Shown here one piece after another: positions 1 through 11,773 of a stretch of DNA of 64,000 nucleotides; within the stretch, counting starts at the first letter, position 1, and each line of letters starts with the position of its first letter. Source of the stretch: an uncultured delta proteobacterium (lineage in GTDB: Bacteria; Desulfobacterota; Binatia; UBA9968); assembly GCA_963728565.1 (NCBI GenBank), contig CAVSLC010000018.1, positions 1 to 64,000 on the forward strand, in the 5' to 3' direction. The notes under the pieces are model-generated. The model was not told the DNA's origin. It saw only the letters and a list, made by a program, of their open reading frames with translations, and did no database searches. The position numbers and the translations under genes were made by a program.

Positions 1-476
1 TCCTCGCCGAGCGCCTTGCCCTGCGGGCCTTGCTGCGCGCCGACGTAGCCGCCGCCAAACTTGGCGACGACGCCCGGAAGCGGTACGTTCTGGTACATCA
101 TCTTGATGCCGGCCTTGGAGGCTTCCTCGGCGAGCGGCATGATCGACGCTTCGCCCGGGTGGCCCATCATGGCGATCCCGTCCGGCTTCGCGGCAATTGC
201 TTCACGCAGCTGCTGGACCATCGTCTCTGCCTTCCAGCCCGAGAAGACGTAGTCCACCTGCGCGCCGGTGTCCTTCGCCGCCTGCAGAGCGCCGTTGTAG
301 ACGATCGACGCAAAAGCGTCGCCTTCCGCGCCACCCGCGAAGAAGCGCAGGTGAACGTCCTTGCACCAATTGTCGCGCAGCAACTCTGCGCTGGCAGTCG
401 TCGCCGACGCCGTGATCGCGAGCGCGCTGACCGCTGCGAACAGCACGCCGCCCAGCTTCCTCATTGCATGTGTCAT
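1..476 (-). CDS. Sugar ABC transporter substrate-binding protein (runs off the window edge)
   Basis: Read manually on the minus strand: MTHAMRKLGGVLFAAVSALAITASATTASA signal, then RFFAGGAEGDAFASIVYNGALQAAKDTGAQVDYVFSGW; GGGAGG RBS. Confidence 0.8.
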   Translation of the reverse strand, partial: MTHAMRKLGGVLFAAVSALAITASATTASAELLRDNWCKDVHLRFFAGGAEGDAFASIVYNGALQAAKDTGAQVDYVFSGWKAETMVQQLREAIAAKPDGIAMMGHPGEASIMPLAEEASKAGIKMMYQNVPLPGVVAKFGGGYVGAQQGPQGKALGE

Positions 477-558
477 TGACTTCCTCCCTTTTGCCCGGGT
501 GGGCTCCAGCGTTCTCCGGCAAACTGCCGGCATTCCTGTTCCGGCGGATGCCGGACGT

Positions 559-1470
559 TCAGGTCGCGGCGGGCACGTAGGCCAGTCCTCCACGGCACTG
601 TTTCAGAAATTCGAGCGCGCGCGCCTGCCCGGTCATTTCCAGCGCGTCGCGGTAAACCGGGTCGTGCCAGCCCTCGATGTCGATCGAGCCACGATAGCCG
701 GCCAGCCGCAGCTCGCTGATCACGCGCGTCCAGTCGCTGTCGCCGAAGCCCGGTGTGCGCATCTGCACGAAAGGGAGTTTGCCAAAAACGCCGTGCTCGC
801 GGATCACGTCCCAGCGCACTGTCGCGTCCTTGCCGTGCACATGGAAGATTTTCGGCGCCCATTTGCGGATCTGCGGGATCGGGTCGATCAGATAGACGAG
901 CTGGTGGCAGGGCTCCCATTCGAGACCGAGATTGTCGTTGGGCAGTTCGTTGAACATCAGCTCCCAGGCGTCGGGATTGTGGGCGATGTTCCAGTCGCCG
1001 CTCGCCCAGTTGCCGTCCATCGCGCAGTTCTCGAAGGCGATCCTCACGCCCTTGTCCGCCGCGCGCTTGGCAAGCCTGCCCCAGACCTCGCGGAAGCGCG
1101 GCAGGCTGTCGGTCAGCGGCTTGCCACGGACGCGGCCGGTGAAGCCGCTTATGGTGTCGGTGCCGAACAGATGCGCGTTGTCGATGATCGTTTCCCAGGC
1201 GGCGAGCACCTCGCGGTCGTTGTCGCCATCCTCCAGCGGATTGCCGAACACGCCGATCGAGCTGATGGTGACGTCGGCATTGCCGATCGCCTCGCGCAGC
1301 TCGCCGGCGAGGCGCGGAATGTCCTTGCCGCCGAGCGTCTGCCAGAAGAAGGGCTGGATGCTCTCGAAGCCGAGCGGCAGGATCTGCCGCACATATGCCG
1401 CGGGATCGTCGAGATTGGCCCGCACCATCGTGCCGATCCGGATATCGAGAAGCGGGTTCGGCATCGTCAT
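559..1470 (-). CDS. Sugar phosphate isomerase/epimerase (xylose isomerase-like TIM barrel)
   Basis: IAFENC, LEWEPCH, FHVHGKD and IDIEG metal-site motifs. Confidence 0.85.
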   Translation of the reverse strand: MTMPNPLLDIRIGTMVRANLDDPAAYVRQILPLGFESIQPFFWQTLGGKDIPRLAGELREAIGNADVTISSIGVFGNPLEDGDNDREVLAAWETIIDNAHLFGTDTISGFTGRVRGKPLTDSLPRFREVWGRLAKRAADKGVRIAFENCAMDGNWASGDWNIAHNPDAWELMFNELPNDNLGLEWEPCHQLVYLIDPIPQIRKWAPKIFHVHGKDATVRWDVIREHGVFGKLPFVQMRTPGFGDSDWTRVISELRLAGYRGSIDIEGWHDPVYRDALEMTGQARALEFLKQCRGGLAYVPAAT

Positions 1471-2500
1471 GCGTCCTCGGTGGTGATGTCGACCCGGCGC
1501 CCGGTCTCCGCGCTTTCGATCGCGGCGAAGACCATGCCGAGGCTTTTGATGTTGTCGGCGCCGCGCGTCTCGGGCTCGGTGCCGCTTTCGACGGCGCGGA
1601 CGAAATCCTGGATCACGCCAAGATGCCCGCCGATGCGGTCGCTCTCGTCGAGCGGCGGCACCTCGACTGGCTCCACGCGGTCGAACAGGCCGTCGCGGAC
1701 CGGCCGCGCGGCCTCGGCCTTCAATTCGTCAAAACCGTCCCAGATGAGAGCTGCCGCGCTCGCCGACGATGCGCCAGCCCGCCTCCCAGCTGCTGCGGAA
1801 ACCGTCGGCGCACCAGCTGCCGCGATAGGTGAACACCTTGCCGCCGCCGAACTCGAAGACGGCCGTCGCCGACGAGCCTTGCGCGTACCAGGAATTGGCC
1901 GGCTCCCATTCAAGGCAGAAGACGCGCTTCGGGTCGCCGTTCACCATGTAGCGCGCGGCGTCGAAGGTGTGGATCGCCATGTCGAGCAGCAGCACATGGC
2001 GCATCTCCTCGCGGAACCCGCCGAAATGCGGCGCGACGAAGAAGTCGGCGTGAATGCTGGTCGGCGCGCCGATCGCGCCGGAGTCGAGAAAGCGCCGGAT
2101 GCGCCGGACATTGGCGACGTAGCGGCGGTTCTGCACGACGGCATGGACACGGCCTGCCTGCCGGGCGCGCTCGACAATGGCGCGTGCGTTCTCCGGGCTG
2201 TCGGCGAGCGGTTTTTCGGTCAGCAGATGGCAATGATGCGAGAGCGCGGAGAACGCCACCTCGCGTCGCGCGGCGGGCACGACGACGTCGAACACCGCCT
2301 GCGGCTTGGTCTGGTCGAGAACGGCGTCGAGGTTCGTGCCGATGGCGACGCCATTGAGCTCGTATTCGCGCGCCCGCGTCCTTCGCCCGGTCGGCGTCGA
2401 GATCGACCAGGCCGACAATGGCTATCTCGGGAACCTCTCTGGCGGCATCGAGCCAGGCTTTGCTCATGGCTCCGCAGCCGACCAGGACGACATTCATCAT
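1467..2500 (-). CDS. Gfo/Idh/MocA oxidoreductase (2 frameshifts)
   Basis: VVLVGCGAMS Rossmann motif, EKP and DMAIHTFD spread over three frames. Confidence 0.85.
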
Positions 2501-2549
2501 CCCAGTGCTCCTCCCGCGCGGCCCCTCCAGGCCGGCATTCACGGATTTC

Positions 2550-2576
2550 CGTAAACGTTTTCCGTAAACGTTTACG
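2550..2576. promoter_or_regulatory. Tandem LacI-type operators
   Basis: CGTAAACGTTTTCC overlapping the perfect palindrome CGTAAACGTTTACG, between the divergent operon and the LacI gene. Confidence 0.75.
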
Positions 2577-2720
2577 ACAACACACCCGATGGCGTAGAAT
2601 GTCAATCGGATTCTTGCAGCTGCTATCGGGGAGCGCTAAATCGAAAGACGTATTCCGAATTGGCGGCTAAATCGCCTTGGCCGGAACGCTCGCGAATGCT
2701 AGCGGGAAGTCTGAGGAGAT

Positions 2721-3753
2721 TTGCCTTTGGCGTCCAGCATTCACGATCTTGCGCGGCATCTGAACATTTCGATCGGCACGGTTTCACGCGCGCTGAACGG
2801 CCGCGCGGACGTCAACGCCGAAACGCGGCAGCGCGTGCTCGATGCCGCCCGCAAGTTGAACTACTCACCCAACCAGTCGGGCCGCAACCTTCGCCGCGGC
2901 GCCACCCAGTCGATCGCATTCATGCTGCAGCCGCATCCGGGCGACCAGCAATATGGCGAGCCGTTCTTCATTCCGTTCCTCACCGGCTTGCAGGCGAAGC
3001 TCGCCGAATACGGACTCGACCTGATGGTGGTGATGGGCGCGCCTGGCGACTACCAGCAGGAGCGCCTGCGCCGCGTGGTGGAAACGCGCCGCGCCGACGC
3101 CGTCGTGCTCGCCGCGACCCGCCGCGAGGACGACCGCATCGACTACTTGACCGAGGTCGGGCTTCCCGTTCGCCACGCTGGGGCGCAGCCTGTCGGGTGG
3201 CCGCTCGTATCCCTCGCTCGACCTCGACTTCGAGAAGGCGGGGTCCGATGCGGTGGATCGCCTCGCCTCGCGCGGCCACACGCGGATCGCAGCCGTCCGC
3301 CCCTCGCACAATCTGAATTTCGGCTATCTCTTCATGGCGGGCTACCGCAAGGCACTGAAGCGGCATGGCATCGATTTCGATCCCGAATTGACGGCAGCCG
3401 GTCTCATCAACGAGTCCGGCGGCTACGCGGTGACGCCGGACCTCATGCGCGCCAAAAAACCGCCGACGGCGATCATCTTCAACAATGATGCGATGGCTCT
3501 CGGCGGCTGCCGGGCGCTGGTCGAGATGGGGCTGGAGCCTGGCAAGGACGTGGCGGTCGTCGTCATCGTCGACACAGCGCTCTGCCGCTATTACTCACCA
3601 CCGCTCACTGCCTTCCGCCCGGCGCTGGAGCCGCTCGGCCGGCGGATGGGGGAGATGCTGCTTGCCTTCATGCCCGCTTTCGCAGGCCCCGAGGGCACGA
3701 AAATCATCCGCGAAGTCTGGCCGCTGGAACTTGTCGTTCGTGACAGCGACTAG
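2721..3753 (+). CDS. LacI family transcriptional regulator (frameshift near 3165)
   Basis: SIHDLARHLNISIGTVSRALN HTH; PPTAIIFNND and PPLT C-terminal domain in the second frame. Confidence 0.9.
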
Positions 3754-3844
3754 GCGGCCGCTTTGACAGTTGCGGCCTCGAGGGTCGCCAACAAACCGAC
3801 TCGAATGCTCGATGAAATCCGCGGACGCGAGGGTAGACGCCCAA

Positions 3845-4736
3845 TCACTTCGCCAGCGATCGCAAGAGCGTGTTGCGCGCTGATCGCAAGTGCTTTCGGC
3901 ACGCCGATTTCGATCCTGCGACGGTTTCTGGACTGGCAGCGCTTCGATGTATGCCAGGTGCTCCATGATCGCCGCCTTGTTGCGCTCCTTCTCGTCCGCC
4001 TTGTTCCACTGGTAGTGGTAGTGGAAGATGAGGGTGATGATATCGGAGAAATCGTCGATGAACCGGTTCGGCGAGCTTTCGTTGACCAGCCGGTGGAAGC
4101 GGTTGTCGAGGCCTGAAAAGTCATGATAGCGCGCCTCGATGTTGTCCAGCAGATCGATATGCTGGTGCTTCAGCGCTTCGAGGTGCGCCCACAACGGCGA
4201 ATTCTCCGGCAATTCGGCAAACAGGCGTGCGGATCGCAACTCGAACATCATGCGGATCTCGAACAGCTCCAGCGCGAAGTCCTCCGTGAAACCCTTGAAC
4301 AGCCAGCCTGAGTTCCGTTTCTTCTCGACCAGGCCGAAACGGCTGAAGCGGATCAGAAATTCCCGGATGCCGTTGGTCGCGACGCCGAACTGACGCGCAA
4401 GCTCCAGCTCGTTGATAAGTGTGCCTGGCTTGATGCCGCCGCGCAGCATCCACTCCATGAACTGCTGCTCGACATGCTCATTGCGCGACGTCGTTTCGGG
4501 TCCGCTATAGAGATCGTCATTGCCGACCGGACGGCCGGGAAATTTCGGGCCGTCCTCCTCGCACAACAATGCCGCGCCTCGGTGAGTTCGCGAAGAACCT
4601 TGCGCACCGTCGTGCGGCTGACGCCGATCTGGCCCCGCAGCTGGTTTTCCGACGGCAGTCCGGCGGCAAACTCGCCGTTGCCGAGCAATTGCAAGGTCGC
4701 ATTGAACGCCCTTTTGTAGACGGTGTCTGGTTTCAT
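3845..4736 (-). CDS. GntR family regulator with two wHTH domains and an FCD domain (frameshifted)
   Basis: LPSENQL...VSRTTVRK; INELELARQFGV; FCD motif DNRFH. Confidence 0.85.
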
Positions 4737-4767
4737 TGGCGGCTCCGCGGATGTCTTTTTCTAATGA

Positions 4768-4830
4768 TTTTTATGCATAAAAAACAACTTGACGCAAATC
4801 GCATTCGCCGTTGTTTTTTATCGATACAAA
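4768..4830. promoter_or_regulatory. Putative GntR operators in divergent promoter
   Basis: Palindrome TTTTTATGCATAAAAA (4768-4783) and the related TTTTTATCGATACAAA. Confidence 0.55.
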
Positions 4831-4923
4831 GCAAAGCTCAGAAGCTTGTCGTGGCGCCGAAACCGATCGGGTTTCGGCGGGGGAGCGAATTTGTCCGACG
4901 CCGGAGAAAGCGCTGGAGTAGGC

Positions 4924-5947
4924 ATGGCGGCGCACCGTGCCGTCGCGGAGCGTCGGTCGCGATCGTATTCCGGTCTCGACATCGGATTGAAGCTGCTCGG
5001 CATCGGCCCGGCGCTTATCCTGATCGCTCTGATCATCGTTCTCAGCTTCCTGTCGCCGGTCTTCCTCACGCCGCGCAACGTGAGCAACATCCTGGCGCAG
5101 ACGGCGGTCATCACCGTCGTGGCGATGGGCCAGCATCTCGTCATCCTGACGCGCGGTATCGACCTTTCCGTCGGATCGAACCTCGCGCTCGCGTCCGTCG
5201 TCGGCGCGCTGCTGTTTCAGGCGGGCGGTTCGGCGACCGCGGTCATCCTGGCGATGATCGCATCCGGCGCGCTCGTCGGCGCGGTGAACGGGCTCTTCTA
5301 CGTCTTCGGCCGGCTGCCGCATCCGTTCATCATCACGCTGGCGACGCTCAGCATCTGCAAGGGCATCGCCCTGCAGCTCGCCGACGGCCGCGCCATTCCG
5401 GGCATGCCGGAAGCGATCCGGGTGCTCGGACGCACTGCCTTCTGGGGCCTGCCCGGCTCGGTCTTCGTCGTCATCGGCGTCGGCCTCGCTGCTCCTCGTG
5501 CTGACCAGCACGATGGTGTGGGGGCGCTGGATCTATGCCGTCGGCGGCCGGCCGGAAGCGGCGGTCGCAATGGGCATTCCGGTCAACTGGGTGCTGGTGT
5601 CGACCTACGTGATCTCGGGCGCCTGTGCCGGCATCGGCGCGGTCATCCTTGCCGGCCGCACGGATGCCGGGTCGCCGCTGTTCGGCAATCTGCTGGAACT
5701 CGACACGATCGCCGCGGTCATCATCGGCGGCGCGAGCTTCCTCGGCGGGCGCGGCCATCTCGGCCATGCGGTCATCGGCGCGATCATGATCGGCGTCATC
5801 CGCAACGCGCTCAACCTGCTCAACGTCGACATCTTCTTCCAGCTCATCGTCATCGGCGTCATCATCGTCATCGCGGTCGAGTGCGACGTGCTGCGCAACT
5901 ATCTCGAAGGCCGCGTGCGCGTCGCTCAGGCGGGGAGGGCGCAATGA
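4924..5947 (+). CDS. Sugar ABC transporter permease (RbsC family; frameshift near 5490)
   Basis: [26 protein letters not shown]. Confidence 0.9.
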
Positions 5948-6725
5948 GCGCCGCGGCTCAGCGCCGGCCGAAGCCGCGCGACAGCCGGTGCTTGTCGGTG
6001 CGCGGCGCCACCAAGCGCTTCGGCTCCGTGCTTGCGCTCGACGGCGTCGATCTCGAGGTGCGGCGTGGCGAGATACTGGCGCTTCTCGGCGACAACGGCG
6101 CCGGCAAGTCGACGCTAATCAAATGCATCAGCGGGCTGCATCATCTGGATTCCGGCTCACATCCATCTGGACGGCCTCGAAACGGCAATCCGGTCGCCGG
6201 CGGATGCCCGTTTCGCCGGCATCGAGACGGTCTATCAGGACCTCGCGCTGTTCGACAATCTGACGCCGGCGCAGAACTTCTTTGCCGGCCGCGAGATCGC
6301 CGGTCCGGCGTGGCTGCCGCGCGGGCTGCGCTTCCTCAAGAAGCGCAGCATGGACGCCGAGGCCCGGCAGGTCATCAGCCGGCTCAAGGTCACCCTGCCC
6401 AAGCTGGACGTCGTCGTGGCAAAGATGTCGGGCGGCCAGCGCCAGGCGATCGCGGTGGCGCGCTCCACCGTCTTCGCGCGCAAGGTGGTCATCCTCGACG
6501 AGCCGACGGCGGCACTCGGCCTACGGGAGTCGCGCCAGGTGCTCAATCTGGTCGCGACGCTGCGCGATCACGGCAACGCGGTGATCCTGATCACCCACAA
6601 CATGGAACACGTCGTCGAGCTCGCCGACCGCGCAATGGTGCTGCGGCAGGGCCGAAAGGTCGGCGAGATCGTACCGAACAGCGAGCAACAAGCAGGATCT
6701 GGTCTCGATGATCGTCGGGGCCTGA
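5944..6725 (+). CDS. Sugar ABC transporter ATP-binding protein (frameshifted)
   Basis: [24 protein letters not shown]. Confidence 0.9.
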
Positions 6726-6823
6726 GCCTGAATGATTGCGGGCGCTTCGCGTCCGCGAACTGGCCGGACGTCTTCCGCCGGAAGGCGGGCCAGCAACGTA
6801 GGAGGAGGAAATGAAGCTGAAGC

Positions 6824-7730
6824 ATGAAACTGCTCGGGGGCGTCGCGATCGCTTTCGCGCTCGCCTCGCCCTCCTTTGCGGCCGACAAGGTCAAGGTCGG
6901 CACTGATCACCAAGTTCCCGGTTCCGTTCTTCTCGACGATGGAGGAGGCGGCCAAGAAATACGCGGCCGACAACGATGTCGAGCTGATCGTCGGCCAGGG
7001 ACAGTCCGCCACCGACATCGAGGGGCAGATCGCGCTGATCGAATCGATGGTCACCCAAGGCGTCCAGGGCATCGCCATCACGCCGGTCGATCCGACCGTC
7101 GCGCCGGCGCTCGACAAGGCCGTCGCTGCCGGCATCAAGGTGGTGCTCATCGACAACAGCATCCCGGACTGGAAAGGCCAGACGGCGCTCGTCTCGACCA
7201 ACAACCTCAATGGCGGCAAGATCGCCGGCGAGTATCTCAAGACGGTGCTGAAGGATGGCGACAAGATCGGCATCCTCGAAGGCGTTCCGGGCGTGCCGGC
7301 GCTCGACGACCGCGTCAACGGCATGATGGAGGGCCTCGGCGGCCTCAAGGTCGAAGTGGTCGGCAAGGGCGCGACCAACTGCACCCAGGAACTCGGCACC
7401 TCGGTCGCCGAGGACATCCTGACCGCCAATCCCGACCTGAAGGCGATCTATTCGGCTTGCGGTCCGCCGGCCGCCGGTGCGGCTCAGGCGATCACCAATG
7501 CCGGCATTGCCAACGACGCGATCATTCTCGTCGGCTTCGACGCCTGCTGCGGCGAGCTCGAGGCGATCAAGTCCGGCGTCGAGGATGCGACCGTCGCGCA
7601 GTTCCCGGCCAAGATGGGCGAACTCGGCATCGACACGGTCGTCAAGGCGATCAAGGGCGAAAAGGTGGAAGCCAACGTCGACACCGGCGCCGGCCTGGTG
7701 ACGGCCGCCAACGTCAAGGACTTCGAGTGA
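6824..7730 (+). CDS. Sugar ABC transporter substrate-binding protein (frameshift near 6900)
   Basis: Signal peptide MKLLGGVAIAFALASPSFA; RbsB-like VVLID, GFD and AQFP motifs. Confidence 0.9.
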
Positions 7731-7736
7731 CTCATG

Positions 7737-7777
7737 AGCCGGCCCGGCGGCGTCACCCGCCGGGCCGGCTTCAGTTT
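7737..7777 (+). terminator. GC-rich hairpin / rho-independent terminator
   Basis: AGCCGGCCCGGCGG-cgtcac-CCGCCGGGCCGGCT followed by tcagttt. Confidence 0.65.
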
Positions 7778-7817
7778 GCTAGCAGCCAACGCCTCGCACG
7801 GAGCGACAGCGCCGTAC

Positions 7818-8860
7818 ATGAACGCCAGCATGAAACTCGTCCGATGCGTCGCTCCAGGAGAGCTTGAGTTCGCAGACCGGCCTGCGCCCGGCAGCCCGCC
7901 GGAAGGCTGGGCGCTGGTCGATGTCAGCCATGTCGGCATCTGCGGCACCGACTATCACATCTTCGAGGGCAAGCATCCGTTCCTCGCCTATCCGCGCGTC
8001 ATGGGCCATGAGGTTTCGGGCACCGTCGTCGACGATCAATGGACCTGCCACCGTTGCGGTCGGACAGGACGTCATCGTCAATCCCTATCTGTCCTGCGGC
8101 AAGTGCGTCGCCTGCCGCCAGCGGCAAGCCCAACTGCTGCGTTTCGATCGAGGTGCTCGGCGTGCATCGCGACGGCGCGATGAGCGAACAGATCCTTGTT
8201 CCCGTCGCAGAACCTGCTTCCCGCCGGACGGCCTGTCGCTGGTCGAGGCGGCACGGTCGAGTTCCTGGCCATCGGTGCTCATGCCGTTCGCAGATCGATG
8301 GCCGTTGGGGGCAATCGCGCATTGGTGATCGGCGCGGGCCCGATCGGTCTTGGCACCGCGCTTTTCGCACGAATCGCGAAACAGCACGTGACGATCATGG
8401 ACCTGAGCGCCGAGCGGCTGGCCTTTGCCGCGCGGCAACTCGGCTTCCTGGTCGATCGACGGATCGAAGGGACGGTTCCGAAAGGGTATCGGAACGAACC
8501 GTCGGCGCGGGTTTCGACGTCGTCTACGACGCGACCGGAAACAGCCATTCGATGCAGGCCGCCTTCGCTTACGTCGCGCATGGCGGCGTGATGGTCATGG
8601 TCAGCGTCGTCCAGGACGACATCACCTTCTCGGACCCGGAATTCCACAAGCGCGAGATGATGCTGATCGGCAGCCGCAACGCGACGCGCGCCGATTTCGA
8701 GCACGTGATCGCGTCGATCCGCGCGGGCAAGATACCGATCGACCAGCTTGTCACCCACCGCACAACGCTGCGCGACAGCCCACGCGACATCGCGCCGCTG
8801 GGCGCATCAGAAGTCAGGCTTGATCAAGGCAATGATCGACGTCCGTGGCGCGAAGCTGAT
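7818..8860 (+). CDS. Zinc-dependent alcohol/sugar-acid dehydrogenase (multiple frameshifts; 3' end approximate)
   Basis: GICGTD, GHE, CGKCVAC, GAGPIG, DPEFHKRE, GSRNAT. Confidence 0.85.
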
Positions 8861-8900
8861 GGACGCCGAGACACTACGAAATCTGCAACGGGAGGAAGAC

Positions 8901-9023
8901 ATGAAGAAAGACTTGGAAATCACCAGCAGCGGTCGCCGCGATTTTCTGAAGGGCGTGGTCCTTGGCACGGCCGCCGTCGGCGCTGCGACGAGAAGCGCGA
9001 GGAATGCCGCGTTCCTACGTTGA
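8901..9023 (+). pseudogene. Truncated Tat-exported protein (signal peptide only)
   Basis: GGAGG RBS; MKKDLEITSSGRRDFLKGVVLGTAAVGAA, then runs into the tRNA fragment. Confidence 0.6.
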
Positions 9024-9064
9024 CATCGTAGGGGTCACAGGTTCAATCCCTGTCACGCCCACCA
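9015..9064 (+). tRNA. 3' fragment of tRNA-Val(GAC), lacking the acceptor 5' strand and D-arm; possible att site
   Basis: CTACG-TTGACAT-CGTAG anticodon arm, ACAGG-TTCAATC-CCTGT T-arm, CACGCCC-ACCA end. Confidence 0.8.
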
Positions 9065-9632
9065 TTCGCCCAGTACGTTCAATAGGTATACCGAAAAAGG
9101 CGTGGCGCCGGCAACGCGAAGCGGCGCAGTTGCGCGCACTTTGCGCACTGGCAGCGGGCGAGTGGCGAACGCCTGAAGCTGCCCGATGATGCTATCGGTT
9201 GCTTCCGCGCAGTCAGCCAAATAGTCCGGGTCAAACGATTGATAGGAGTTTGCGGTACGCTTCTCGTCGTGCCCGACGTCCCGCCCCGTTAGACGCACGG
9301 CGGAATTCCGCCTGGCGGAGCGGCTTCACGAAGCTCGACGATCTCGGTGGAGAAGCCGGCTTGGGCGCCGCAAGGGACACCCGTGGCGCAAGGTGGACAA
9401 TCTTTTTCACGCGCGAGGAGCAGGGCAGATTTGCAAGCGAACACCGCGGCGTATTCGCGCCGCCACAGGTGACACAGATTTTTTCGCGTTCTGCTTCAAT
9501 CGGGGATTGGTCTAAGTTTGTCTTTCGGCCGGAACTGCGCAGCCAAGTCGTTCATTGTGTGGAGACGCTGAAACTGCTGCGGCAGACGTTTGCAGCCGAT
9601 TGAGATTCCACTGGCGCTCGGGAGTGAAAGCG

Positions 9633-10508
9633 ATGGCTGGACATGGCGTTTTGACCGCGCAGACGGTTGAAGACTGCATCATCGACCAGGGCTGGGAGCG
9701 CTACACCGCCGAGGAGCACGCCATCTGGCGCGTGCTGTTCGAACGCCAGCAGAAGACGCTGAAGAGCCATGTGTGCCAGGAATTTCTGGACGGCCTCGAG
9801 GCGCTCGGCATCGGCCCCGAGGGGGTGCCGAAATTCGAGCGGATGAACGAGCGGCTGCGGGCCCTGACCGGTTGGGAGGTGGTCGCGGTGCCCGGGCTCG
9901 TTCCGGGGCGGCCGTTCTTCCAGATGCTGGCTAGCCGGCGGTTCCCCGCAGGCACCTTCATCCGCAGCCGGGCACAACTCGACTATCTCGAGGAGCCCGA
10001 CATCTTCCACGACATCTTCGGTCACGTGCCGCTGCTGACCAACCCGGCCTATGCCGACTACATGCAGGAATATGGCCGGATCGGGCTCGACGCCATTGAG
10101 CACAAGGGGGTGAAGTTCCTCAGCCGGCTCAACTGGTACACCATCGAATTCGGTTTGATCCGAAAACCCGAAGGCATCCGGATCTATGGCGCGGGTATCG
10201 TTTCATCGTTCGGAGAGGCGCAATATGTGACGGGCGATCCCTCCGCTAATCAGCTGGCCTTCGATCTCGATCGCGTCCTGCGTACCGGCTATTACATCGA
10301 TGACTTTCAGGCGACCTACTTCGTGATCGACCGCTTCGAGGATCTGTTCGAGCTGCTTAAGGGGACCGATTTCATCGCCAAGTTCGATGAACTGCGCGCT
10401 CTGCCTGTCCATACGCCGTTCGAAATCCTACCCGAGGACAATGTCATTCGGGTAGGCACCGGGCAATTCTGGCGGGACTTCCCGACGACCAAGGCCAAGC
10501 TCAAATGA
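9633..10508 (+). CDS. phhA: Phenylalanine 4-monooxygenase
   Basis: LDYLEEPDIFHDIFGHVP, WYTIEFGL, YGAGIVSSFGE. Confidence 0.95.
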   Translation: MAGHGVLTAQTVEDCIIDQGWERYTAEEHAIWRVLFERQQKTLKSHVCQEFLDGLEALGIGPEGVPKFERMNERLRALTGWEVVAVPGLVPGRPFFQMLASRRFPAGTFIRSRAQLDYLEEPDIFHDIFGHVPLLTNPAYADYMQEYGRIGLDAIEHKGVKFLSRLNWYTIEFGLIRKPEGIRIYGAGIVSSFGEAQYVTGDPSANQLAFDLDRVLRTGYYIDDFQATYFVIDRFEDLFELLKGTDFIAKFDELRALPVHTPFEILPEDNVIRVGTGQFWRDFPTTKAKLK

Positions 10509-10533
10509 GCCTGATCGCTCGCGTTGTCTGCTA

Positions 10534-11639
10534 TTACGCTGCTTTGATCACGCCACGCCGGATCTGGTCCTGCTCGATCGACTTCGAACAGGGCGCGGAA
10601 ATTGCCCTCGCCGAAACCCTCGTCGCCCTTGCGTTGGATGAACTCGAAAAAGATCGGGCCGATAACGGTCTTCGAGAAAATTTGCAGCAGGATCTTCGTG
10701 GTGCCGCCATCGACGACGCCTTCGCCGTCAATGAGGATGCCATGTTGCTTGAGCCGCTCGATCGGCTCGTCATGGCCGTTCACGCGGGCGTGCGACATCT
10801 CGTAGTAGGTCTCGGGCGGCCCCGGCATGAACTTGAGACCGTTGGCGGCGAGCCTGTCGGTGGCGTCGTAGATGTCTGTCGGTACCGACGGCGATGTGCT
10901 GGATGCCTTCGCCCTTGTATTTGCGCAGATATTCCTCGACCTGGCTCTTGTCGTCGGTGGATTCGTTGAGCGGGATGCGGATCTTGCCACAAGGGGAGGT
11001 GATGGCGCGGCTGATCAGCCCGGTAAACTTGCCGGCGATGTTGAAGAAATGGATCTGCTCGAAGCCGAACAGTTCGCGATAGAAATCCCACCACTTGTCC
11101 ATATTGCCGCGATAAACATTGTGGGTCAGGTGGTCGAGATAGTAGAAGCCGACGCCTTTCGGCTTCGGATCGCGATCGCCGGTCCATTCGAATTCGGCGT
11201 CGTAGGCTGAGCCCTTTTCGCCATACTTGTCGACGAAATAGAGCAGCGAACCGCCGATACCGACGATAGCGGGAACGTCCAGCGCCTTGTCGTCGCCTTC
11301 ATAGGGCTCGGCGCCCTTGGAGACGGCATACTTGAAGGCGTGCTCGGCATCGACGACGCGCCATGCCATCGAGGGCGCGCAGGGGCCGTGCAGATCGACG
11401 AACTTCATCGCATGCGAGCCAGGCTCCGCATTGATGACATAGTTGATGTCGCCCTGCCGCCAGACGCTGATTGCCTTGGTCTTGTGCCGGGCAACCTTGA
11501 CGTAGCCCATGCGGGCGAAAAGCTCCTCAAGCTTCGCGGGCTCCTGATGTGCGAACTCGACGAACTCGAAGCCGTCGGTTCCGGCCGGATTGTCGTCGCT
11601 TACTTGAGCCGGTGGTGCATCGTGTGGAAAAGGTCCCAT
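10534..11639 (-). CDS. hppD: 4-hydroxyphenylpyruvate dioxygenase (frameshifted)
   Basis: GTDGFEFVEF, DHLTHNV, GEGIQHIA, FFEFIQRKGDEGFGEGNF. Confidence 0.95.
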
Positions 11640-11773
11640 CGATCGTCTCCATTGCCAACCCTCAGAAGATTAGCATTCAGCGCACGCTATGTGCTTGCAA
11701 TTCACGCGGCTTTTGCCGCATTTTGTGCAACATGCGTGTATGTGGAGGGCAGATGTGATGGATATCGTGCATC

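Noticed and set aside
361-2670. 769-aa plus-strand ORF, and similar long ORFs such as 12878-14326 and 23830-24861
   Set aside because: Antisense shadows of real genes in GC-rich DNA, with no motifs of their own.
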